Shown: positions 25,566-38,583, counted from the first letter of the stretch. The stretch is DNA of 64,000 nucleotides from Squalus acanthias (GCA_030390025.1 CM059425.1:170254001-170318000); one strand, 5' to 3'. Notes: generated by a model from the letters alone, not told the origin. Numbers and translations are program-made.

Positions 25566-25855
25566 AGTTCATAGTATTTATAGCACGGAAACAGGCCATT
25601 CAACCCAACAGGTCCATGTTGGTGTTTATGCTCCACATGAGCCTATTCCCACCCTACTTCATCTATTTCCATCAACATATCAATCAATTCCTTTCTCCCT
25701 CATGTGTTAATCTAGATTCCCCTTAAATGCATTTATGCTAGCAGCTCAACTATTCCTTGCAGTTCCACATTCTAACCACTCTCTGGTTAAAGAAGTTCCT
25801 CCTGAATTCCTTATTGGATTTATTAGTAACTATCTTAGATTTATGGCCCCTAGTT
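25566..25855 (-). mobile_element. CR1 3' fragment
   Basis: Reverse complement of the CR1 end at ~31770-32070 (EFRRNFF.QRV..MWN and 3' UTR). Confidence 0.75.
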
Positions 25856-26231
25856 CCACCTCGCAACATTAATGTGAAGTTGAAATTACTTCTGCCCACT
25901 ACAGCAGGCATAGAACCTCAATATGCATATTTAAACAACCTCCCACCTGTTTTGGGCGAAAGTGCTGGACACCCATTTAATAACCTGCCTGAAGATTGAC
26001 TCAAACTTGGTATTGCCTGCTAATTTAAATGATAGTAGGATGCAGCCCAGTGCTAAATGCACAGCTGAGTGGCTGTATGCATAGCCCAAGTTTGTGCGAG
26101 GCTAGCACTAATTAAAGCTAGCCTGCACTTCTTAAAGCCAGCCTGCACCTCTTAAAGGGGAAGTGCAGTTTGACGAGACCAGCTGCTGGAAGTCATTCCA
26201 GAAGGCAGTTACAACTGAGAAACATTCAGCA

Positions 26232-29200
26232 ATGGCACAACAGGCCAGAGAGAGGGTTCCAAGGTTCTCAGACGCAGCACTGGAGGCCTTAGTACAGGAG
26301 GTGGAGAGAAGAGGAGAGGTCCTGTTTCCACAGGGGACCAGGAGGCCCTCCAAACAGAAACTGCAAAGGCAGTGGGAGCAGATAGCCACATAAGTAAATG
26401 CCAACAGTGTAGCCTCGAGGACTAGGATGCAATGCCAGAAGAAATTCAATGACCTCACATGAGTGGTCACGGTCAGTGAATGCATCTTTAAATGCCCTAT
26501 CCCACAAACCGGCCAATTACTGCCCCATCAGTCTACTCTCAATCATCAGCAAAGTGATGGAAGGTGTCATCGACAGTGCTATCAAGCGGCACTTAATCAC
26601 CAATAACCTGCTCACTGATGCCCAGTTTGGGTTCTGCCAAGGCCACTCGGCTCCCAACCTCATTACAGCCTTGGTCCAAACATGGACAAAGGAGCTGAAT
26701 TCCAGAGGTGAGGTGAGAGTGGCTGCCCTTGCCATCAAGGCAGCATTTGACCGAGTGTGGCATCAAGGAGCCCTAGTAAAACTGAAGTCAATGGGAATCA
26801 GGGGGAAAACGCTCCACTGGCTGGAGTCATACCTAGCACAAGGGAAGATGGTTGTGGTGATTGAAGGTCAATCTTCACAGCCCCAGGACATCGCTGCAGG
26901 AGTTCCTCAGGGCAGTGTCCTAGGCCCAACGATCTTCAGCTGCTTCATCAATGACCTTCCCTCCAACATAAGGTCAGAAATGGGGATGTTCGCTGATGAC
27001 TGCACAGTGTTCAGCGCCATTCACAACTCCTCAGATAATGAAGCAGTCCATGCCCGCATGCAACAAGACCTGGACAACGTTCAGGCTTGGGCTGATAAGT
27101 GGCAGGTAACATTCGCGCCACAGAAGTGCCAGGCAATGACTATCTCCAACAAGAGAGAGTCTAACCACATCCCCATGACATTCAACGGCATTACCATCGC
27201 TGAATCCCCCACCATCAACATCCTGGGGATCACCATTGACCAGAAACTTAAACTGGACCAGCCACATAAATACTGTGGCAACAAGAGCAGGTCAGAGGCT
27301 AGGTATTCTGCAGTGAGTGTCTCACCTCCTGACTCCCTAAAGCCTTTCCACCATCTACAAGGCAGAAGTAAGGAGTGTGATGGAATACTCTCCACTTGCC
27401 TGGATGAGTGCAGCTGCAACAACACTCAAGAAGCTCGACACCATCCAGGACAAAGCAGCCCGTTTGATTGGCACCCCATCCACCACCTTAAACATTCACA
27501 CCCTCCACCATCGGCGCACCGTGGCTGCAGTGTGTACCATCTACAAGATGCACTGCAGCAACTCGCCAAGGCTTCTTCGGCAGCACCTCCCAAACCCGCG
27601 ACCTCTTCCACCTAGAAGGACAAGGGCAGCAGGCGCATGGGAACACCACCACCTCCAAGTTCCCCTCCAAGTCACACACTATCCTGACTTAGAAGTATAT
27701 CGCCGATCCTTCATCGTCGCTGGGTCAAAATCCTGGAACTCCCTACCTATGGGCGTACCTTCACCACACGGACTGCAGCGGTTCAAGAAGGCGGCTCACC
27801 ACCACCTTCTCAAGGGCAACTAGGGATGGGCAATAAATGCTGGCCTTGCCAACGACGCCCAGATCCCATAAGCAAATAAAAAAAACTGCACCATTAGCCT
27901 CACACACTGCTCAATTCACCACACCCTCATCACTCACCTACCAACAATCTCTATCAATCACGACTCATACCTCACATTCAAATGCTCCATCTCACCCTCA
28001 GACACTTACCACTGCTGCAAGCCTCACACCCACATCTCACACCTTGTACACACTGCCAGCTATTCAATCATGACAGACACATCACCCAAACACATTGCAC
28101 CACACTCACTGACACACTTCCCTCTCTCTTGCAGGACAAGGTGGCTCACAATTGTAGGCAGCAACAGCTAACCGGACGGGGACAGGTCCGCCTCCAAATC
28201 CTGACCCCGCTCGAGGAGACGGTGCTCGCCATAATTGCAGTGTCTGTGACTGAGGCTATGGCCAGCGAGGTGCCGAAACCATTGAACATGATGGTTTGCT
28301 CATACCTAATCCTTTTTCGCACATACCAGTTCCCCCACATCCCACAATCTCTTGTGACTTACAAGCTGCAGATGGTGTAAGCATGCACCTCTTGCTTTCA
28401 CCCCCTCCATCCCCACTCCCCTCACCACAACCCTACCCCTGTGCCTTTCTCATTTCAGTGACCCAAGAATCCAACCTGCCCAGTCAGTGGTGGAAGAGGA
28501 AGAGGAGAGTGATGATGAAGAAGAAACACCATTACGCGATCTGACACTCGCAGCCAACAGCTCAGATACTGTCATTACACGGACTTTAGAGGGTAGCTTA
28601 GAGGCAGGATCTGCACATGGTGAGTCACCGGGCACGAGTGGGTTGCAGCCAGGGCAGGGGGACAGGGGAGTGCAGGTGCCAGCTCCCTGGAGGGTGAGGT
28701 CGCACACGAGTTCTGCTGCACAGGACTCAGTTGAGGACTTCGATGGGGCGGCCTTCAGAACAAAGCTGATGAGTATGCACAACAAAATGCTTGGTGCATT
28801 GGCAGGCCTGCCAGAAAGCCTGAATGCAATGTCAAGGAACATAGAGGAGTCTGGCACCAAACTTGCACAGGGCTTTGCGCAGAGCTTGGAAGGGCTGGGC
28901 AGATCCATTAACGCACTTATGGACGCAACAATCATGTAGCGTCTGATGGCCAAAGTCTCAGCTTCCATTGCAGCCCAAGCGCAAGCCACCCAACGTCTGA
29001 GTGCTGCAATGGAAGCTCAGACTGAAGTCATGCAAGCTCAGTTTGCTGCCAGGCAAGCACAGACTGTTGCCAGCATGGCTGCACTTAGCAGTTAGCAGTG
29101 TTGAAAGGTACTTGCAGGGTGTCACAGCAGTCCAGCAATCTGTCCTCCAGCAGATTACTAGGAATGCTGAGACGCCGCCCCGGGGGAGTGACAGTGGCTC

Positions 29201-29519
29201 CCTGGAGCAAGAACCTGCTGTCCTCTCTCAGGATGACAGCATTCGTCCTCCCACCACTGCCACTCCACCAGTGCCCTTGCTGTTGCCTGTCAGCCAGCCA
29301 GCCCAGACTGCTGCCACCCATGCCGAACTGGTGCAGTCTGAAGCCGAGCCCAAAGCTGCTCGAGGTCGTCCTGCAAGGCCATCTGCAGTCTCCCCCACTG
29401 AAAGTCAGCAGCTTTCCATCAACCATGCTGCGGCCACTGGGGTAGCACTGCATAGGAGCACTAGAACAGGCAAAGGAACACGCAAGACAGGCACTAAGGG
29501 AATGTACAAGGGTGATTAG
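26232..29519 (+). pseudogene. Harbinger Myb/SANT-like (NAIF1/MSANTD-like) DNA-binding protein, 3 exons (26232-26471, 28135-28293, 28459-29519), disabled
   Basis: MAQQARERVPRFSDAALEALVQEV..LF...W.QIA..VN...RT..QC.KKFNDL |gtcagt ... ttgcag| DKVAHN...TGRG...LTPLEETVLAII; exon 1 is exactly 80 codons; contains in-frame stops. Confidence 0.8.
26505..27886 (+). mobile_element. CR1/Jockey-group LINE (clade uncertain), 5'-truncated, inserted in intron 1 of the Myb gene
   Basis: ORF 26449-27615 RT: NYCPISLLS, QFGF, AFDRVWH, GVPQGSVLGP, FADD; poly-A-like end; the copy at ~48364-48643 shows the uninterrupted intron. Confidence 0.92.
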
Positions 29520-29679
29520 TTGACTTTTGAATGAAATATTGTACTGATTTGATTCATAAAATTGGTTTGAAATGTTTGTTTTGTGGTGGGTATTATTGTA
29601 GCATTGTGGCCAAGAGGACGCTGTGATGGTCAGTGACAGAGGGAAGGTAAGGTATGGTACCATTGGTGAATGGGGAATT

Positions 29680-30722
29680 GGGTTGCGTTCACGGTTACCA
29701 CAGTCCAATGTGTTGATCACGGTCACCCCGGGCAGAAAGGAACTGTCTGGGTTGTCTCCTCCTCTTCCTCCTCTTCTTCTTCCTCCTCCTCCTCAGCTGG
29801 TCCCCATATGCCTGGTGCCAAGGGCTGTGCACTCATGATGGCAAGATTGTGGAACATGCAACAGACCATAACGAATATTGACATGTGCTCTGGCAAGTAC
29901 TACAGGGCTCCTCCAGAGCAGTCCAGGCAATGGAAGCGTTGTTTAAGGATGCCAATGGTCTGCTCTATCAGATTCTGTGTGGCAGCATGGCTTTCATTGT
30001 ATGCATGCTGCCCATGTGTGCATGGGTTGCACAGGGGAGTCATGAGCCAGGTAGTCAGCGGATAGCCCTTGTCGCCCAGTAGTCACCCTCTGGTTTGTCG
30101 TGGTGGCTCAAATGACTGCTGCCAGGATACCAAGCAATGACCTGCATGATGCACTGAGTATGGTCGCACACCAGCTGGACATTGAGGGAGTGGAATCCTT
30201 TCCAGTTGCGGTATATCTCTGAATTGAGATGCGGCGCCCAGAAAGCGACATGTGTGACAGTCAACGGCTCCCTGCACCACGGGGAAGCCTGCTATCCTGG
30301 CGAAGCCGCATGCTCGCTCTGCCTGCTTATCTCTGCCAAGCTTAAAAGTTGCGATTTGGGAGATGTTACAGATGTCCAGCCTGGAAGGAGCCTGACATGA
30401 AGAAGTGCAAGATCATGGTCGCCTTTACAGCCACTGGCAGTGCCGTCCTTGCCCTGGACTGAGGCTGCAGGTCTGCCTGCAGCAGGTGGCAGATTTCAGT
30501 GAGCACCTTAGTGAAGCTGGGATGTCGCATGCACTGATCCTCGCTGAGGTTGAGGTAGGAGAATTGCTCCCTGAAAACCCTGGGTGGCGATGGTCTCCTG
30601 CTGAGAGCCCTTCTCCCACTCCCCCTCCTGCCTCTTCAAGCAGCTTGTCCTGCTCTGTGTCGCCTCTGCTCATTCTCCCTGTTATGCTGCAGGTCAAGGG
30701 GGATACAAACTATTGCACCCAT
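29680..30722 (-). pseudogene. Harbinger DDE transposase, disabled
   Basis: [54 protein letters not shown] and an acidic tail. Confidence 0.85.
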
Positions 30723-31599
30723 GTCTGGGAGCAACCGGTGTGAGGAGACTAGGAGTCAGTACTAGGTCCTTGAGCACGTGCCACACTATTCCTTGTAGAC
30801 TTTAGGCAACTTTAAAGAAGTCCAGAAAGCAACAAACACTTGTACAAACTCAGCAACATCTAATAGAAATCAATCAGCAACTAACCTGTAAGTAGGTGAT
30901 GATCCCTTTAAATATCGCTGGTGGGGGATCCTTCCTGCAGCTGTGCGAGGTTAAGAGAGGGTGTTAGCTCCAGCATTGAGGTCGAAAATGGCAGCATTGG
31001 CTTCAAATCAGCGTTACACGCTGATTGACGTCACGATCTGCGCACTCTGCATATTTATGGCGCACGCTCCCAGTGCTGACGCTAACGCCCTCATCAAAAT
31101 GCTGTCCGGCATGGCCTGCCCCAGAGGGCTGCGCACGCGGCTCGGACGCCATTTTCAACCAAAAATGGCACCCGTAGCGCCCAAACAACGGGCGCTACGC
31201 AACTGAATTTTTAGCCCCTTATCTTCCTCATTCTTTCTTTCCTCCCAAAATCTGGAGGCTTTTAAAATGCAAGCATGGTGCCACCTAGTTACTATTTCCT
31301 GATTTATCTTGTCTCATCACAAACTTTTTCCAAACTTGGAGGTGTCCTGCACTATGGGCCGTAGCTTTTCACATTGGTTTATCTTTAAAAATGCTGAAGT
31401 GGCCTAATTTGTGTCACTTTTGATATGATATGACCCAGCTGTCTATGCTCCATTTTTATTTAGAATGGCAACAAACACTTTCCCAACTATTGAATGCATT
31501 ACTTGCCCAATCTTTGTGACATTCTTTTAAAACTTAATTCTTCTAATTTTTACCTTTGTTTCTGCTTGCCCTGTAATCCCAGCTTCCATCTTCTGTTAG

Positions 31600-32072
31600 A
31601 TACCAGAACTGAGAGGTACAATTATCAGAAAAGACTGAACAGGCTGGAGCTCTTTTCTCTAGAAAAGAGAAGACTGAGAGGTAACCTAATAGAGGTCTTT
31701 AAAAATATGAAGGGGTTTGATAGGGTAGACGTAGATAAGATGTTTCCAATTGTGGGGGAGTCCCAAACTAGGGACCATAAATATAAGATAGTCACTAATG
31801 AATCCCATAAGGAATTCAGGAGAAACTTTTTTACCCAGAGAGTGGAGAGAATGTGGAACTCACTACTACATGGAGTGGTTGAGGTGAATATCATTAATTA
31901 ATTTAAGGGGAAGTTAGATAAGTACATGAGGTAGAAAGTAATAGAAGGATACGGTGAAACGGGTCAGATGAAGTAGGGTGGGAGGAGGCTCGTGTGAAGC
32001 ATAAACAGCGGCATAGGCCTGTTGGGACAAATGGCCTGTTTCTCTGCTGTAAATTCCATGTAATTCTATATA
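31600..32072 (+). mobile_element. CR1 3' fragment
   Basis: ORF 31494-31901 tail: RLNRLELFSLEKRRLRG.LIEVFK..FFTQRV..WNSL; TAATTCTA tail. Confidence 0.9.
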
Positions 32073-32559
32073 ATTCTAAGTTAAATTGGTTCCCTATCGC
32101 ACCACATATGGGAATTATCAAGAGAAAAACTTGTGTTTTTAGGCTTGAAGTCTTTTGGCTATTTCTTCCGCAGTGGTGCAGCAGGGACACTTTAAATTGG
32201 CAATTCTCGCTGACTCTGGCAGACGACCCACATCCTGATGAGAAAACAGCAGGCAATTACATCTTGTTTAAAATCGATGCATGAAACCTGCTGTTACAGC
32301 CCACTAAGCATTATGGATACTCAGCCTGGACAGCTGGGTGCATTAAATCCCTACTTCTTAAATTATGTCACAGTCTTTCATATGGCATTACAGGGTACCC
32401 ACATCTGGTCTAATATGTTCTCTAAATGTTCTTGTTGTATTCAAGGATGCACCTTGGTTTTGTCACACAGGATTTTAATCCATTTTGAATCAACAATCAT
32501 CTTGGTACAACTCCTTTTCCAAGAATGTACCAAATAAAGCATGTGTTCTTTGGTTGGCC

Positions 32560-33150
32560 TTGCAAAGATTGTACATTCTTGCCAAATTGAGTTGATGGAT
32601 ATATTTAAACATGAATTTATATTGTACAGTACAGGGCATGATAATGAGTGGTCTTAAAGTAGTATGCAAACTTACTGAAACTTTTAAGATATGATTGTTG
32701 CAGCTTTATGATGATCCTCTTTTCTGAGCATCTATCATTATGAATTGGTGCACAATTATGACAGGGGATAAGCAGATTATGATTATACCTGATGACACAT
32801 ACCACCATATATCACAAATTACAGACCTTTGACAATGTTAATTACAAAGTAGGCAGCATTGTGGTGACTGCTTTCTTTCAGCATTGTAATAAATGCATTT
32901 CAGTGACAACTGGTGAACATGTGTTATCACAATAGCTACAATATTGCAATTCAATGACCAATGTAATGTAATTTGTTTTACAACCAAATCCAGCACCAAA
33001 ATCTGCTTTCTGTATAACAGAAAAATTATCAGCTTAGAATAATGTTCTCAGTCTATGAATGTTATGCCCTAGATATTATCACATCAATACATTTCCAGAG
33101 TTCATCATGAGCCATATTAATAAAGCTGCATGAATTTAACTCCTCATAGG
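32560..33150. promoter_or_regulatory. Candidate conserved enhancer (Sox/POU/Pbx-Hox motif cluster)
   Basis: Repeat-free island; 9 ACAAT/ATTGT sites in 32568-32942, ATGCAAA (32664), TGATGGAT (32593) and several TGACA. Confidence 0.4.
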
Positions 33151-33261
33151 TGTTTAGCTATTTGATGGTAATTTCCTTTTTGTTACAGATGGATTACATT
33201 AGATAGGTTCAGATGAAGAAGGCCTTTTGGCCAATTTGATCTCATCCCTTCAGAATACCAG

Positions 33262-34673
33262 GGCCTAGAAATTGGAGGTTTTAGCGCTGGCCGTTCAGGC
33301 CCGTTTTGTTGAAAAAAATGGAGGCCACCTCACTTCCGCCCGCTTCCGGCGGGCCCCACAGCGGTCGCCATTTGTGGCAAGTCAGCAGCGCTGCTGTTGC
33401 CTGTGCTCACAGCAAGTATTTTAATTAGCAATATCGTGACGTCAATCGGCATGCAATGCCGATTTGGCGCATGCTCGTCTATTTTGGAGCTCGCCGCTCC
33501 TCTTACTGCCCTCTCCAAAGCACGCCCATGCATGCAGCCGTTGACAGCACAGAGAGACGGGAGAAAGCGGCAGTGAGCTATAACCCGTACAGTAAACAGC
33601 TGCTGGGATAACTGTTAACTATGGAGAGCTCAGACTATGTAATTGGAGTGAAAACTGCTTGCAATGAGATGCATCAAATCTCGCCCCCAGTCGGTCAAAC
33701 AGTATAGAAGGTAAATACTTTTAAAATAAACTGTACTATTCTGCCGTTGTAATAATCTCAGGAAAAATCAAAGCTGCATTTCCTTAATTTTTTTACATTG
33801 GGGTTTTCTAGTTTAGGAACTGATAAAATTATATGCAAAGTTTGGAAGTCTGCTTTTAAAAGGCTTGACAGCATATTCTCACCAGGAGTTCTTCAAAAGT
33901 TTGCTGTTGTTGAAAATTTAATTGAACTCTCTTCTGCACCATTTACATCAGTAGACTCCTGACCAAGAGTTCATGTTCCCCTTTTTAAAAATGTATTTCC
34001 ATTGATGTCTCATGCAACGGTTTAAGGACATCTCTGCCACAGTCTTATGTGGGGTTTCCAGTCACAGTCCTTCCAGATCTGAGCCTGTGGTTTAAGACCC
34101 ACTCACCAGGGAGTGAATCCCCTATGTGATATGTAGGCTAGTGCACTGTCCCTCCAGCACTATGGTGGAGTACAAACCTCCACACAGCAACCATCTGGGT
34201 GAAAGATCTGTGGAGCTATGGCAGCCAGTGAAGGTGGGAGTACCAGGCAGTCTGGCACCCATTTGTGGACTCCACACAAAACCCAGACAAATGTCCGTGA
34301 AAGTAAGAGGGGAGCCGTGGACAAACAAATACCTCGTGATGTGCCGCAGCGCACAATGCTCCAACCCTGCAAGGGCCATCAGCGGACTCGATAGCAAAAC
34401 CCAGGAGCCGTCACCAAATGATCCGACACAGCACATTGCCCGAGAATGCCGCACCGATCCTTCAGACATGACCTTCGGCCTCCAGCTGAGGTTAACGCCG
34501 GAAAGAGCGCGTTGCACAAGAGATTTTGTAATTTAATCCTATGTATGTAATTTTCTGCTCCACTCATGTAAATTAGCAGGCAGCACCAAAATACCGGTGC
34601 TGCCTGCACTCTTTCTGTGGGCAGCCATTAGCCTTGACCCGGCAGGTTTCCGGCCAACTCGAATTTCTAGGCC
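33262..34673. mobile_element. Non-autonomous Harbinger-type element with an unrecognised ~1-kb interior
   Basis: Perfect TIR GGCCTAGAAATT / AATTTCTAGGCC; TSD CAG (33259-33261 / 34674-34676); subterminal CRE. Confidence 0.8.
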
Positions 34674-34699
34674 CAGGAGGCAGAGGGCCATTAAAGACT

Positions 34700-35870
34700 G
34701 TATAGAGCCATTGAGGAATTCCTCAGGGCAGATTCAAGTGAATATTAAGTGGTTACTGCGCATCAGTCTTCACTACTGAAGATGATGCTGAGTTACCAAT
34801 AATACATTATAGGGTAAATACTATAATTGAAAGTTTCAAAGTGGATGTAGGTGTAGTCCTGGCTAGAATAAGGGGTTTCAAAAAGAGATCAGGCTGTTGG
34901 CCCTAATGGGATTCACCTTAGGGTGCTCAAACAAATGGGAGTTGTGCTTTGCGAGCCCCTTGCTCATATAGTTAACAGATCTCAATAACACTGTCTTTGT
35001 TGAAGTGGTTATACAGTGTATTTCTAATGATCCCTTCGATCAACTTACCTAAAATCAAAGTCAAACCAATGGACCTTTGGAAAAGAAGGTCCTGTCCCAT
35101 CTATTCGGTTGAATGTTTTGAGAAAGTTACTAGGTTGATGGATGTCAGAAGCTAGGTCAACATTGTGTACCTTGATTATTGAAGAGCCTTTGACAAGGTG
35201 CAGCACAAAGGCACTGAATCACGTTCGGTGCTGTGGGATTAGCAGGCAGTCTTTGGGTTGGATAGGAAATGGTTGCATTCTCATAAAGAGAAGTTAACTT
35301 TTAGTGTTAGTAGTGGGGACCGGTAGAGCCTCACAGGTATTGGTGTTAGGGCCGCTGGTTCTTCACTATTTTTATCAATGATTTGGATGAAGATGTTGGG
35401 GAAATGCTCCACACACAACTTCGTAAATGATACAAAGATATGTGTGGGCGTGAGGGCCTTAGATCAGAAAATTAGATTGCAGGCAGAAATAGATGTGATG
35501 GGTGAATGAGCTCATATCCGGAAGATGGTTTTTAATATGGATAAATGTAGCATAATGCACTTTGGTAGCAGTAACCTCAAGCATGTGTATACCATTCAGG
35601 GTTGCGTGCTCAAGGCTGCTGAGCGGAAGAAGGACGGGGGTGTTATACTGCGCGACTCATTGAAGGTGCATGACCATTGCCACGAGCCTACTGTAAAAAC
35701 AAGTAGGGTGTTAGGATGTATTGCCAGGACAGTTAAATATAAAAGAAGAAATACTGTTCTGTTTCTGTGTAAGGCATTGGTCAGGCCTCATCTAGAATAC
35801 TGTCACATTGTGGGTGATATAGATACCCTGGCAAAAAAGTCACTGGAGGGCCACTGGATTGATATTTAAT
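34700..35870 (+). mobile_element. Ancient degenerate CR1 RT
   Basis: Remnants of AFDKV.H, VLGP, FINDLD, FNMDKC..MHFG and LVRPHLEYC with many stops. Confidence 0.75.
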
Positions 35871-35991
35871 TTAACTCAATTACCACAATAGGCTTAGAGA
35901 GCTGGGGCTTATTACTTTAGGAAAACATAGGCCGAAATATTCTGGGGTTCATGCTGGGCGATTGGAAGTGGGTCAGGTGGGAAATGACAGT

Positions 35992-36908
35992 TTACAGATG
36001 ACACAAAGCTGGGTGGGCGTGTGTGCTGCGAGGAGGATACCGAGAAACTCCAGTATGATTTGGACAGGTTGGGTGAGTGGGCAGAAGCGTGGCAGATGCA
36101 ATATAATGTGGATAAATGCGAGGTGTCAAAAACAGAAAGGCAGACTATTATCTGAATGGCAATAGATTGGGAGAAGGGGAAGTGCAACGAGACCTGGGTG
36201 TCCTTGTGCACCAGTCGCTGAAGGTAAGCATGCAGGTGCAGCAGGTGGTGAAGAAGGCAAATGGTATGTTGGCTTTCATAGCGAAAGGGTTTGAGCATAG
36301 GAACAGGGATGTCCTGCTGCAGTTGTACAGGGCCTTGGTGAGACCACACCTTGAGTACTGTGTGCAGTTTTGGTCGCCTTATCTGAGGAAGGATGTTCTT
36401 GCCATGGAAGGAGTTCAGCGAAGATTCACAAGGCTGATACCTGGGATGGCAGGAATGACATATGAGGAGAGATTGGGTCGATTGGGCTTATACTCGCTGG
36501 AGTATAGAAGAATGAGAGGGGATCTCATCGAAACATATAAAATTCTGACAAGTCTGGACAAACTAGATGCAGGAAGAATGTTCCCGATGGTCGGAGAGTC
36601 CAGAACCAGGGGTCATAATCTAAGGATAAAGGGTAAGCCATTTAGGACAGAAATGAGGAAGAATTTCTTCACCCAGAGAGTGGTGAACCTGTGGAATTCT
36701 CTACCACAGAAGGTAGTTGAGACAAGTCATTAAATATATTCAAGAATGAGTTAGATATATTTCTTAAAGCTAAAGGTATCAAGGGATATGGGGAGAAGGC
36801 ACGTACAGGGTACTGAGTTTGGATGATCTGCCATGATCTCATTGAATGGCGCAGCAGGCTCGAGGGGCCAAATGGCCTACTCCTGCTCCTATCTTCTATG
36901 TTTCTATG
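35992..36908 (+). mobile_element. CR1 3' fragment nested just inside the Harbinger left end
   Basis: DDTKLGG; ORF 36116-36733; tail TTCTATGTTTCTATG. Confidence 0.92.
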
Positions 36909-37400
36909 AAATTTGAAATAAGTTGCAGCAGGTCGGGAACCCGCCGTCCTCCTGCCCCCACGCGCCTTTCCCTCGGCGTTTGCTGGTGTGGCAGTGACCT
37001 GACCGGCAGAGGCGGGCGACCTAATTCAAATCATTAACAGGTAGTTGTCAGACCCTTAGAGCATTTTTCAGCCAATCTTTCGAATTTCCCTGGCTGCCCA
37101 CAGGATTCCCACAGCTCGGGAACCACGTCTGTCAGCCTAAGACGGGAGTTGAGCGGCCATTGCTCCAGTTGATTAGATAACAGCATGAAATGTATTATAA
37201 AAGCTCCCACCTCACAGCTGATCACTTTCCTCAGGCAGAAGCTGTTGCTGACTGCATTCCCAGCATAGACTGAACTTTCTACAGGCTGCAAGTGATTCCA
37301 GCAAAGTCGCCATCAGGTCTCACCTCATTGGAAGAACCTCACTCACCATTGACAGTTTGCTCCTCTGATCTCTGCTTGGCCTGCCATCTATTCCATCAGC

Positions 37401-38583
37401 ATGGGTGCCATTTATACTGTCTTACATTGGTCCTCAGAATCAGACCACAATAAGCCCCAACACCAGCAGCATCAGGCAGACCATCAGCACCAACAACACC
37501 GCCAACCTTCTCCTCAACCACCTGATGCTGCACAGGACAGAGGGCATCAGCGCAGGGCTGCACTGTGCCGGAGGTGATACCCCCAACACAGGGTATACAG
37601 GCAGAGGATGAGCTTCCTCAACATGACTGAGCAGCAGTGCCAGGTCGCCATAGACATTTGCATATTGCACGAGCAAGACCTGCAGCTTAGAGGAGCGGGT
37701 GGACACGCCTTACCAGTGGCTGTCAAAGTCACCAATTCTCAACTTCTTTGCCTCAGGTTCCTTCCAGGGATTTGCAGCAGACATTTGCGGCATCTTGCAG
37801 TCGGCCACCCACAGATGCATCACACAGGTCACCAATGCCCTGTTTGACAAGTCAGCCAATTATATCAACTTTGCCACTGATGAAGCCAGTGTTACTGAGC
37901 AGGCGCTCGAATTTGCCACTCTGGCTGGCTTCCCACGGGTGCAAGGCATCATCGACTGCACACATGTGCCCATCAGGGCACCCCATCATAACCCAGGAGT
38001 CTTTGTCAACCACAAGGGCTCCACTCCCTCAATGTGCAGCTGGTCTGCAACCATAGGAAGATCATCATGCATGTGCGTGCCAAATTCCCTGGCAGCTGCC
38101 ATGACTCTTTCGTCCTTTGCCAGGCCATCCTCCCTCAGCTCTTCGCTCCTCCAAACAGAGTTTCCGGCTGGCTGCTTGGAGACAAGGGCTATTCACTGAA
38201 GACGTGGCTCATGACGCCCTTGAGGAGACCAAGTACTGAGGCCCAGGAGAGATACAATGAAAGCCACATTTCCACCAGATGTGTCATAGAGCAGATAATA
38301 GGTATGCTGAAAATGCGCTTCAGATGCCTTGACAGATCTGGAGGAGCCCTTCAGTACGCACCAGCCAGGGTCTCCAGAATCGTCGTGGTCTGCTGCATCC
38401 TGCACAACATAGTGCAGCAGCAAGGATTAGCACTGCATGAGGAGCAAGGCACTGAGCGCACAGGGGAGGAGGAGCATCAGCTGGAAGACGAGGAGGAGCA
38501 GGAGCTGGAGGAACTTGCAGGCCAGAACACACCAGCACCCGAGCACATTGCTGCCCAGGAGGCCAATCATGGCCAGATTTACT
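37401..38583 (+). pseudogene. Harbinger DDE transposase (HARBI1-like), frameshifted
   Basis: [67 protein letters not shown]. Confidence 0.9.

Larger units (their letters stand above)
25860..31218. mobile_element. PIF/Harbinger transposon copy 1 (Myb/SANT gene on +, transposase on -, convergent); left end eroded
   Basis: Right end GAATTTTTAGCCCC|TTA; collinear with 47831-51604; both ORFs recognisable. Confidence 0.85.

Noticed and set aside
29755..29795. (CCT/CTT)n tract as an independent microsatellite
   Set aside because: It is the poly-Glu tail of the minus-strand Harbinger transposase.
34122..34536. Overlapping 131-aa and 136-aa ORFs
   Set aside because: No motif recognised; typical chance ORFs inside a GC-richer TE interior.
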